A program made the translations under genes and the position numbers. A stretch of 64,000 bases of DNA from Eledone cirrhosa. Taxonomy: Eukaryota. The stretch spans positions 179,180,001-179,244,000 of the forward strand of contig OZ024741.1 in the NCBI GenBank assembly GCA_964016885.1, given 5' to 3'. Below are positions 37,531 through 49,733 of this stretch, piece after piece. Position 1 is the first letter of the stretch. Each line of letters begins with the position of its first letter. Under the pieces are notes generated by a model. It did not search any database. It saw only the letters and a list, made by a program, of their open reading frames with translations, and had not been told where the DNA came from.

Positions 37531-39064
37531 ATATATTAATAAAAGGAATTCCAACTTTGTCTGATTTACTCGTTTTATTTACATCCTTTAAAATGATAAT
37601 GATATTATAATAATGAAATAGTATGGTAGAATATATTGAATGTTAAATGTTAATTGAACAAGTACTTTCATGCTTTCACAATCTTAAGGTTCATATTCAG
37701 TTTTGACAGTCTAGTTTGCAATGTTCAACTCTAATGAGATGGCTAAAGTATGTGCCTTATATACAGTAAAAAGGGGCTACAGAATGCTAAGTTTTGCAAA
37801 CTGTATTTCGACCAATCGGTGTGTGGTTTCACTAGATTACTAAAGCTGATTGGTTTAGGCGTCACGGGTGGTTGAGCATGTCTAACGACTTCTATTTTAT
37901 CCTATCCAAAGCATCAATTGCTTTGCTATTTTTAGAAATGATGAAAATAGCATTTTCTTGGGTTTTTATAAAAATCTTCAGTAATCATCAACATCAACAT
38001 CACTTTTATTATTATTATTGTTGTTGTTGTTGTTGTTGTTAGTGGTGGTAGTCGACATGGTCGTATGCGTAGTCATAGTAGAAGTAATACCCCTAAGCAT
38101 TATTATTGTTCATTTAGCTTGGGTTTGAATTTATCAATAAAATTCTTTTCTTTAATTTTTCTCTTGATTTCACTTGGGCTGTGTAGTTTGTAGAATGGAA
38201 ATAGTATAAATATTTACTGACCACATGTTGCTAGATGGTTACTCAGGGGTATCTGACGGACATTTGGGTCTCTGATTTGCTGTCGGTGCACCCGTGCACG
38301 TTCCGATAGTGCATATCCAGTTTGACCGACATATAGTTCTTCACAATTCGGGCATTTAATGCAGTAAATTAGATTTCTGCTTTTGCAGTTCATATTTGCA
38401 TTTGGGAATATTTTTCCAATTTTTGTGTTCATATATTGACCAGTATGTATGAACTGACATGTGCCACATCGACTATCATTGCATTTAGATACAGTGAATG
38501 ATTGGTCTTTGTTGTTAAGGTCAAACTTTGCCTTTGTTAGTAATTGCTTCAAATTTTTCGGCTGTCTTTTACTAAGAATCAAAGCTCGGTCTGTGATTAA
38601 ACCTTTTAATTCATTACTTTGAGCAATGATCGGTAGGTTTGCTTTGGCAGTGTTGAAGATATTCTGGTGATATGGGTTGTGTGTCATTATAAATAGTATG
38701 TCATTATAAATTTTGTGTCATTATAAACCAGTTCTTGGTTTCTTCTTCCTTGGGTTGTCCTAAATTGTTGTATAGGTATTTTTATAGCCCGCTGTATGCC
38801 ATTTTCTATAAGTAGAGATGGGTATTTGAGCAAAAATTCTTTCAGTTCTGTTAGACGTTTGTTCCTGGTATTCGTATCTTCTACAATGGTACAAATTCTT
38901 CTGGCTAGGCAGTATGGGATGTTGCGTTTTATGTGAGGTGGATGGCACGACTTAAAATTCATATATTGATGGGTGTCTGTGTGTTTATAGTATATATCCG
39001 TGGTAATGGTGGTGTCGTTTTTGATTACCCTTATATCTAGGAATGGTAATTTGGTACTACTCAT
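37531..39064 (-). mobile_element. Neptune-like PLE fragment (RT thumb + GIY-YIG)
   Basis: 'LPFLDI..DIYYKHTDTHQY..SCHPPHIKRNIPYCLARRI' (38687-39064) and 'CNDSRCGTC..NLIYCIKCPNC..YVGQT' (38214-38687). Confidence 0.85.
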
Positions 39065-39074
39065 ATATATATAT

Positions 39075-39260
39075 ATATAACAAATTTAATATAGAAATGA
39101 TTTCTAAAGGACTAGAGCTGTTTTAATCAGAGGAAATGATTTCCTTCAATTGAACAGTCCTGTAGAAGCCATCTATATATTAAATTTGTTATATACACTC
39201 TACTAATGTATTGAATACCTTAATTATTCTGGTTACCCCCCGATTGAACCCAGGACTCAT
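39075..39260. mobile_element. Degenerate fold-back insert with tail
   Basis: Arms ~39075-39112 and ~39156-39194, ~65-nt tail, TA flanks. Confidence 0.5.
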
Positions 39261-39289
39261 ATATATATGTGTGTGTCCTGGGTTTAATA

Positions 39290-40135
39290 TTAAGATAGTT
39301 CAAAGACCAGGTATTCCCATAAAAACCCTAATTAGCAAAAATACCCATTTCAAAGATCCCCCTGTGCTGATAGGAAATGCATAGTCTGCAAGCTAAGCCT
39401 GCAAAACTATGAACGTGGTATATAGTATAAGATGTTCTGAAGGACAGTGTAGGAATAAGAATATAACATACATAGGTGAAACAGCCCGTAGCATAGGAGA
39501 AAGGATAATTGAATACTGGCGAGAACTCCAGGATGGAAAAAAACTCATCGGTACATAACCAACATGCCAAAATTGAACATAGGGGCACATTGGAGAACAT
39601 AGAGATAAAAATTATATCCACACGCAGAAAAGATGCAATGCTCAGACAAATCACAAATATAAACGAACTCCAATCAAAATTAAAAAGAAAACATGAGTGG
39701 AATAGCAACATCACAACTAGTAATTAAGGACAAAATGAAGACATACACAAAAACCAAGCTAACAAAACAAATCAGACACACTCAGATAGAACACACAACC
39801 AACTAGTGACAAATAAATAAACACATAAATAAATAAATGATAACACACACACACACGCACACACCTGGATGTAACGCATGTGCAATCTAAGCACACACCA
39901 CACAACACTCAATAACAAGATGGTGTAGGACAGAACAAAGGAGAGACACACAAAATAAAAACCTAGTCACTGAGGATGACACAGAATGTGTGACGAAAAA
40001 GCTTTTACAATATATAAACAACCTTCCGGTTATCGAACCAACCAACCAACTGGAAATTTATAATAAATTGAAGTGAAAACCAACAGGTGCATGTGTTTTT
40101 CTTGGCAGCATGACCCTCCCAAAGTATAACAATAT
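39290..40135 (+). mobile_element. PLE GIY-YIG fragment with 3' terminal region
   Basis: 'C..MNVVYSIRC..C..YIGETARSIGER' followed by 'H..EH..IKII..LRQ..KHEW'; hammerhead-like CTGAGGA...GAAA at 39970-39998. Confidence 0.7.
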
Positions 40136-40835
40136 GTTTCAACACTCGTTTTCAGATAAGAAATCTCGCAAAATAAATTCAACGATATATATATATATAT
40201 ATATGACAATACCTATAAATGTGCTTTCCATCTACCCTACCACATCCCAATTCATTTCCCTGCACAAAGCAAATATGTGCTCCCTACTCCTACATACCTA
40301 ATTCCTTCACTTGTCCAACCTATGCCAGCATGAAAAGCCAGGCATGCCCCTCCCCCCCCAAAAAAAAATACCGCCAGACGCATCTCACTCACTTCCAGGT
40401 CACATGTGTCAACCCTTCCTCTGGCATGGGGATACGACCCTCCCCTTTCCTGTCATCGCCTCCCTAGTGACGGTGCCACGACAAAAATGTAGCCAACTCA
40501 TTCTGTAAAGTGGTAGTGCTGGAGTCACAAAGATGATCAGCCAGTCTGCATTGCAAGGGGGAAGAGCTGGAACCACGACAAAAGCATCCAGTCTACTCTG
40601 GTGGTAGTATCGGAGTCACGATAATATGTCCCAAGTATACGCTGTAAAGTGGTTGATTTTAGGAAGAGCATCCAGCCGTAAAAATCAAGCACGAGCAAGA
40701 CATGGTCACTTGAGTAGTCTAGTCTAAAAACGTAGCAACTCATCTAACCAATGCAAGCAAGAAAATAAACTAGAAGTCAGATAGTGATGGTGGCGATGAT
40801 ATATGTACGTGTGCGCGTGTGTATTAAACTATAAT

Positions 40836-40867
<32 letters not shown>

Positions 40868-40870
<3 letters not shown>

Positions 40871-41361
40871 GTATGGATATTCCAACAGGCACTAGCTACC
40901 TATAGAAATATGCAAGGTGTTTATAATAGTTGTTGTTCGATGGTACTAATTTGAGATACCAGAACTATAAAAATGATCGGAGCAAGTAATTATCAAACAA
41001 TCTTTTAAATAAATTAAAAAACGATTTAAATATTCACCTGATCTATTGCTGTTACCGACGGTTTCACCAATCCAAAGATTGGAAATCCAGAGAATTTCCA
41101 ATGGAAAGAATTAGATCTTCAGACAACTTATTTCCATACCATAAGGGTGCAAATCTCATAGTAAGTTAATATTTCGCTTCCTGCCTAACGCATGCGGTCA
41201 GGCCGTTAAAGTGACGCACACGTAAAATTAGGCCACAAGTAATAGCTGGTTATTATAAACTTGTTGATCTTGCCACTAAAAATAGCAGCACGATACAACG
41301 TTTTGTTCTCTACATAAGGAGAAAAATCATAAAAGTGTATGGATATTCCAACAGGCACTAG
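40868..41361 (-). mobile_element. 466-nt unit with 25-bp terminal direct repeats and a degenerate hammerhead (~41051-41127)
   Basis: gtatggatattccaacaggcactag at 40871 and 41337; minus strand CTGAAGA..stem II..GAAAccgTC. Confidence 0.55.
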
Positions 41362-41598
41362 GTACCTTTATTTAAATTTTGTTGACCCTCTAAAAAATGT
41401 TTTTTCTCCACTTTTTCCCCCTCTTTTAATGTCTTTCCACCACTCCCCCTCGGAACTCTTTTCCTGTCCACTTTTCTCCTGATGAAAGTCTTATGCCTGA
41501 AACGTCGTCCCCCACACCCCGCTCTCAAGCGTGAACTTAATACTAACACTTTTTACTGCTTCTTCGCTTTGTTTTTGTTTTTTTTTATTTCTGTTTTA

Positions 41599-42237
<639 letters not shown>

Positions 42238-42387
42238 GAAAATATAATTGTATATAGAGGGTGTTGTAGTTTGCTTGAAGCATTGTCCTAAAGTGTAGAA
42301 AATAGTGTTTTGTTTGAAAGCTACCACCATATGAATTGGACGGTAAATGTTAAAATTATAACATTGATGTTGGGATATTACCTTTCA

Positions 42388-42427
42388 GTTCTTTATATTT
42401 CGGGATAAAATCCCTTCATCAAAAAAA
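42388..42427 (-). ncRNA. Degenerate minimal hammerhead
   Basis: tttt-TTGATGA-a-gggat/atccc-GAAA-ta-TA-aaga (C3 mutated). Confidence 0.45.
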
Positions 42428-44108
42428 TAATAGAAGAAAATAGTTCGGAGTTATATAGAGTTATATATTTTTTGTCGCTCTTAACCTGACATTTTTTTAT
42501 TTCTTTGTACTCTGGTTTCCTGGCCCCTCGATCTTTTGGTGGAGACATAGTAACAAGAAAGTATTTCAGTTTAAATTGAACATATACTCTACAACTCAGT
42601 ATTCTTTTCCTTATTTATCAACAAAAGGTAACCTTTAAACATAGCGCCAGCGTTCAAAATATGAAGAAAAAGATACTAGAAGGTGAGTCTGAATGAAGCT
42701 TCCCAATGTTTAAGCTCCCAATACAGATTCCGAAGTAAAATATTTATTATATCGATTTTGTATGAAAAATACTCAAAAATTTAGTTTATTTTGTGGTACC
42801 AGAATAAGTGCATGTAAGACCATAAGTATTTTCTTGCTAGAAATAGTAGTCAAAATTCTCCAAATCTGTTGACAAAAGAGCAGTTTGCTTATGGAATGTT
42901 TCGTGCATTTGTGTTCCGTTTTTTTTATTTTTTTATTGTTTTAGCTAATTTAATGTGGTACAAACCTAATGATGTGCAAGCTAATGTTATACAAGCCTAG
43001 TATTGTACAAAATGTATTGTAGTTAGACTTGTTTAAACTTCGTTAAGACAGACACATTGAGTAATATTATCCTGGGTGTATTGTACCGCAGACAAAATGG
43101 ACGGTGACGGTTAGAATGCCTTTGATCAAAGTTTTCATCTCTCAAGGATGAGTCAGAGCTAGAAAAAACAGACCTATTATAAACTGTACTAAATTCTTTT
43201 TCGAATAATATGGATTTTAAACGTTTCCAAATAAAGGTAAGTAACAGAAACTAGAAAATATTATATTAAGCTACATAGGAACAAGCGGTCTTGTATTGCA
43301 ATTGTTTGTAGAAAAAATACGCGAAGAAATGTTAACTGAAGCTTCTGTGCCTGAAAAATGAAGAAATTGGCTATTACTTAGAACAGGAGCCCTGAGCTCA
43401 AGGACTCAAAACTGCCAATAAGTATTGGGGGAGAGGCACAGCGGGCCAAAGGTAAGATGAGTGTTAGGAGGGGCGTGATTTCTACCAGTTTTAATTATAA
43501 TCTACAATACAGCTGATGGGCTGCTATTTTTTTTTTCATCAAAATGAATACGCGTATAGATATGTGAATGAGTACAAGATGTAAGGGAACAAATTTTCCT
43601 TAGTGCCGTTTCTACTTTTGATAAATTCTAGGGTTTTTTGTTCATTTTATTGTATTTCGTGAATAAATTGCAATAAATTGTACTATAAATATTAAAACCG
43701 GGAAAATCACTGCAAAATTTAAACTTTTACCACATTTAAAAAGAAAAATAGATATCGTCAACAAAAATCAATTTTTAAAGATCCAAATCAAGAAACACAT
43801 TGCATGAACGAGTATGGAAGGGGCGAGGGACAAATCACCAAATTTTAGGAAAATATGATACATAAAAATTATTCTACTATGGGCCATAGAAAAGTAGATT
43901 GCGAGTCACGTGTTTGAGACCCGTAAGTAAGAACTCTGAAAATATAACGCAGATCAAGAAAAGTCAGATGAATGAACTCAATTCTTGAGAAAATTCCTGA
44001 CTTTCTCAAAAACAATTATACCATCTTTTTTTTTCCGTTGTCATTTTTTGGCCCAAAGATTCGATGTTTAAACATGGCTGCATCGTACACGCTGAAGGTA
44101 CGAATATA

Positions 44109-44312
44109 ATAACCCCAGTGTATTACTGGTGCTTTATTTCATGACCTTGTAAGGATGAAAGGAAAGGTATGAATATGATAATGGTGTCTACCTTTTGGCA
44201 CAAGGTCAACAATAACCCCAGTGTATTACTGGTGCTTTATTTCATGACCTTGTAAGGATGAAAGGAAAGGTATGAATATGGTAATGGTTTCTAGTTTAGG
44301 TACAAGGTCAGC
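44109..44312. repeat. ~103-bp tandem duplication of a SINE segment
   Basis: aataaccccagtgtattactgg...ggtatgaatatg at 44109 and 44212. Confidence 0.85.
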
Positions 44313-46409
44313 AAGCCAGGAAAAATTGATTACACCTTTTGGTGATATTTGAACTCAAAACGTAAAATGACCGTAACTCTAGGCCGAAAAGTATTTTGCC
44401 CGTCGTGTTAACGATTCTGATAATCAACCTCCCACTCGAATATGATAAAAAAATATGTATGATTTTACAAGCCATGTATACGTATAGCTCTATATTAACC
44501 TTCTTCCCAAATATCTTTCTTCGAAATATGGGTGCGTCTTATATTCCGAAGAATACAATAAGAGAATTCCAATACGATACAAAAATGTTGATTGCGAGGA
44601 ATTGTTTATATCCAAAAGAAATGTGTTAATGGTTTCATGTTGTCAGACAGGGGAAATGATTTTATTTACTCTTTCCTGTAATAGACAGAATTAAATATGA
44701 CCGAAATATAGAAAGTTAAATAACAAATGAAGTGCGAATGAAAAAGATAAAGAAAGGAATACAGAAAAATGACAAAGAGGGGAGAGAAAGACAAAAAAAG
44801 AAACAAACAAACAAGAAAGAAACAAGAAAGAAAGAAAGAAAGAAAAGGTGAAAAAAGAAAAGAAAGAATGTTTTAGTGTGAGTGCCTGTTAAGATTAATT
44901 TGTAAACTTCTCAAAATTTGTATAAATGTTTTTTTGTTTTGTTTTGTTTTTTTCATGATGCGATTCTGGTAAAAAAAAAAAGAGAGAGAGAATTTATAAC
45001 ATCTATAACAAGAATTGATGGCTAAACATATATAAATGTTCTATATTTTATTCACTCCCAAACGACAATCTAATTTATTCGGAAATAGTCGTGCGTTTAT
45101 GACCCCGGAGGGTATTGCATGCAATAAGTACGAGCAAACGATTGTGTTAAACAAAATACATTCACATTTTTTTATACAATAAATACGGTAGATATGAGAA
45201 ATAAGAATAAGAAAATAAAAAACAATAATTATAAAATATAGAACATCAGCTAAATCAATAAATGGTGCAGTTCAGGGATAAGAAATATTTACCATTAAGT
45301 ATCGATTATTCCCTCCCGATAATAAGATGGTTTTCACGAAAAACGGCAATACCAAAATGAAAACACGACCTAGCAATTTAACTCCTTTATATGACAGATA
45401 TATAAAAAATAAACTGCATGCTATAATAATAATAATAATGATGATAATAATAATAGATTGATAAAAGAAATAGCAGCAGAGTATGCTTATTTACCTTATT
45501 CAAACGAACGTACAGATTAAAATGATGGTTGAGAACTGGAATAACATGGTATTCGGTATAAAAGACATGGAAGAGCTTGCTGATTTTAATACACAGATGC
45601 CCTCGGCCTCTCCTCAATCACCACTAAAACCACCAAATATATTTTTAACATGTAAGGAACAGTAAATATATAGTTTAGCAACAATATATACAGCAACTTT
45701 AGGATAGCATTAAGCAATATATACAGCTTACACAGCAAACGAAAACACACATAATTGAAACACATACCATGTATATTTGGGGAAATAAGATTCGACAAGC
45801 TACTCTCCGGTAAATAGAAACACTTTGGTTAATATAAAGAAAATATATTTTAAAATATTGTACCCTCAGAAGCAGTAGCTTTAACAATGCTATATTTCTA
45901 ATGAAAGACAACATAACTTAAAGTTTCTTATATACAATTATAATGGGTGCTTTTCGGATAAGTATAAACACTTTGAAACAAACTGTTTCGTATCATATGT
46001 GAAATCACTTTCAGCCTTGTTGGTATCAAAATAGTAAAAGATAAAATCGAAAACGATGCAAAAACTTTCCTAAAGTAACCTTAATGGATTATCCAGACAA
46101 GATACTTGTAAACCAACAAAGAAAAAGAACACTATAAGTCATACGTTCTCAACGACTGTGTCATGACACACTCGTTTGAAAATTACGATTCACCTGTGTG
46201 CAAAGTATGATTCGCAAGTGTACCCTGTGGTTTTTAAACCAATATAGAAATTACCAGGACATTTAGAAAACTTGTCTTTGTAATATATCGTATTGGTGTG
46301 TGTATATTCCTTTGCGATTAAAAGTCTAAAATTCATGTGTCCAACTATGTTTTAAAACAATTATAATACCCATTTCTTAAATATATAGTATAACATTTTA
46401 TTGATAGCG

Positions 46410-46620
46410 GCTTGATAGAATTGCTAGGGCATCGAATAAAATGCCATTGCGATATTTGTTCTGGCTCTTTACCTTCTGAGTTCAAATCCCACCAAGGTCA
46501 ATTTTGCCTTTCGTCCTTTTGGAGTCGATAAAATAAAGCACCAGTCAAGTACTGGGGTTGATTTAATCAACTTTGCCCTTCCCACAAATTTGCTGACTTT
46601 GTACCTAAATTAGAAATCAA
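46410..46620 (+). mobile_element. Abundant tRNA-like SINE (ctgagttcaaatccc...ttttgcctttc...gataaaataaagcaccag)
   Basis: B-box-like gttcaaatcc; homologs near 20625, 21230, 44100, 47120-47475, 48240, 49950, 52110, 58260 and 59795. Confidence 0.7.
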
Positions 46621-47514
46621 TATATAATATAGTTTTTGTTTTTTTTTAACTGATGTATTGCACTATTTTGGCGTCATATTCTGTGTGCCATAGAACAAAA
46701 TATATAACATCAATCAACACCATACACAATACCAGCATGTATAAGCGAATGTAGTTAGGAATTAACAAATCGTCTCGCTTCACTATCATAAGATTCTATG
46801 TGCGAGTATTACTTTCCATAGGCTTAGGTGGACCTAAGCTTTGTGAGTGAAATTTTGTTAACTGAAACTGTTAAGAAGCTCATCGGATGGACTGCACTTT
46901 TAATTCGAAGGACCAGCTTTGCCATACGCCATTTCATGCTGAACCTCATTTTAATGGAGTGATCTGAGACACTCGTCGTCGAAATCATAAATATGGTTCA
47001 ATACTAGAATTTCTGGAGCCGAGACAGGATCTGCTTCGGCAAAATAAATTCAATAAAGATTTTTAAAAGTGTTTTTGTGTAAGCATGTGGTTGTTGTAAA
47101 CCGTGTTACCGATTAAGTCTACCACCCAAGTAGACTATTTGAACTCAGGACGCAAAGAGCCGAAACAAAATGCTACAGAGCATTTTTTCCGACACTTTAT
47201 CGACTCCGACAGTACACCATTCTAGACAGGTACTTTATTTGTTGACTCCCGAAGGATGTCAAGAAAGCTGGCTTCGGTAATACGTGAACTCAGAGCCCAG
47301 AGGATCAAAATAATACTACAAAGTATTTTGTCCGACAATTTAACACTACAAGCAATAATATATACATAATAATTGTTTATACTTTTGGCACAAGGCCAGT
47401 AATTACCCAGTACATTACTGGTACTTTATTTTATCGACCCCGTAAGGATGAAAGGCAAAGTTAACCTCGGCGGGATTAACTTTGCCTTTCATCCTTACGG
47501 GGTCGATAAATAAT

Positions 47515-48130
47515 ATATACATAATAATGACAACAATAATAACAGCAATAATAATATAAAAAAAGAAAAGGAAACACAAGAAAAAATAGAATAGCAAAAT
47601 ATAGAGAAAAAAGAGAAATAGAAAGAAAAATGGGAAGGGTTTGGAAAGAACTCTGGTGTCGCAGACGAGAGGGGAAGGAGAAGGGTGGGGGTGATTGGGC
47701 TTTGGGCCTAGGGCATGGGGGCAGAAGGGTTGTGCTCCACGGACAAAACCTCAAAGTATTCTCACAGACAATGGCCAGTGACACCCGCTGTAACAGCCAC
47801 CCAACCTCGCGGGCCTCCTTCCTCAAACGGGCCGCCGACGTTCCAATCATGTTCGGCAGTACGGGGTCCAAGTACGCCTGAGGTTTCGACGGCGACTGGT
47901 GCGAAGAGGAAGCGGCCGGACAAACCCCGGTATTTGTATATTTTACGTTCTTCTGCGAGGCGAGCTGCGTTGCCGGGGGCTTGTGGCCGAAGCGACTCAG
48001 TTGGAGGCGGAGAACGTGTCGCAGCAGGTGGTGTTCCAAATGAGGGATCTACTTCCTTCGAATGGGAAGAGGGTGATTCCGTCGGGGTTCTTGCCATCTC
48101 CGCGGTCTATTTTACTTGATAGTCATGCTT
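47515..48130 (-). mobile_element. CRE-like non-LTR retrotransposon 3' fragment (restriction-like endonuclease)
   Basis: Frameshifted 'PDGITLFPF..LIWNTTCCDT..AARLAEERKIYKY..FAPVAVETSG..WLLQRVSLAIV'. Confidence 0.7.
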
Positions 48131-48239
48131 GGAATGTCTTTTTAACAGAATCTGGAACATTATATACTTAACACTAAACCAATAGCTTACTGGGTCAGCA
48201 ATAATTATTCCATATGAGAGATCATAGAAGAGTTATATA

Positions 48240-48463
48240 ACTGTTTCTACTTTAGGCACAAGGCTAGTCATTATTTGGAGGAAGTGGGAAAATCGATTAA
48301 ATCGACCCCAGTTCGTTATTGGTACTATATTTTATCGACCGAATAAGAATGAAAGACAAAGCTAACCTCGGTGGGATTTGAACTCAGAGCGTAAAGGGTC
48401 ATAACTCTATGCTGCAAAGCATGGTGTCTGACGCTCTACCGATATTGACACTCTACCGCCCTT
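48240..48463 (-). mobile_element. SINE copy (family of 46410-46620)
   Basis: Reverse-complement homology. Confidence 0.7.
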
Positions 48464-48474
48464 ATACAATAGGA

Positions 48475-48690
48475 TGTAAAAGGTAAACAGAAATAACAAC
48501 ACAATCGGTACAGTATATGGAAGGAACATATTAGGTTAACGCTTGAAATAACAGGGAGAGAGTCTTAACGTTTCGGACGCTAGTCCTTCATCAGAAGAAA
48601 GAATGTGAAATTAGAAAGATTGAAGGGACGGGCAGGGCGGAATCGGAAAAAAATGTTTTTAGAGAAAAATAACAGGTCTATTCTCTTAGA
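48475..48690 (-). mobile_element. Family F terminal repeat with intact minimal hammerhead (48563-48598)
   Basis: tctt-CTGATGA-a-ggac/gtcc-GAAA-cg-TT-aaga on the minus strand. Confidence 0.7.
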
Positions 48691-49550
48691 AAACTGTCAG
48701 TTGTTGTCAAGAGTGATGGTCTTGCCGTTTCGGGACTATGCTCTTGAACGGACAGTGATAAAGTAGTGCTAGCTTGCGGTGAAAATGACAATTGAACTCA
48801 TCCAGTTCTTCTAGTGAAGGCGCGTGGCTTAGTGGTTAGAGTGTGGTATTCCTTCTACTCTTCTACGAACTTTCTTACCTAAATACTTTGAGTTACTATG
48901 CAAAGAATTTCAGAGAAAATTATTTCAAAAGTAACATTTGTTAGCGCGAACCATAATTGCAAGCATGGAGCGGAATACAAAAGAACTCTGTCTGTTAAGA
49001 AATAGGATTAAACAGGCGGTTTCTAAACTTCCAATGTTGCAGAATGAGATTGATTTCATCTTTTAATTCATTCATAATATATTTTAAAATCAATAGGCCA
49101 AACTCTCACTCAAAATGAATAGAGATCGTTTTCGAAAACAATGAAACATTGTTATAGCAATTTTCCGTTGGCCACTGGTCTCCATTGATTTCTTTATTTC
49201 ATTGCCAAATTTGTAATATTCTATTTCACTAACAGACAACCTGACATTGCTGCTTTTGTTTTCTTATCATTGCTTCTTTCTAATTCTCTTTTCTTCTCAT
49301 CCATTATTTTTTTCTTGTTTGCAGCTTGTTTAAATTCTGAAGTTAGCATTCAATTAAAAATTATAAAAATCTTCTGTAAATATTATAGTAGAATTTTAAC
49401 AGTTTACTTTAAAAGTTAAGTAAATACACACGATGTGTTGCAGTCACAGCTGGTTGAAATGACTAGCTGTAAGATTATCAATTGACGCTTCAAAGGTGTG
49501 TTACTCGTATGTGATATTGCCTTTTGTTCATTAGATTTTTTTAAATGGAT

Positions 49551-49553
<3 letters not shown>

Positions 49554-49626
<73 letters not shown>

Positions 49627-49635
49627 TACGTGTGC

Positions 49636-49721
<86 letters not shown>

Positions 49722-49733
49722 GTGCATGTGTGT
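49554..49733. repeat. (GT)n microsatellite
   Basis: Direct reading. Confidence 0.95.

Noticed and set aside
37655-37720. Minus-strand hammerhead at the end of the Neptune-like PLE (CTGAATA...GAAA)
   Set aside because: Core is mutated and stems pair poorly; plausible relic but not supportable
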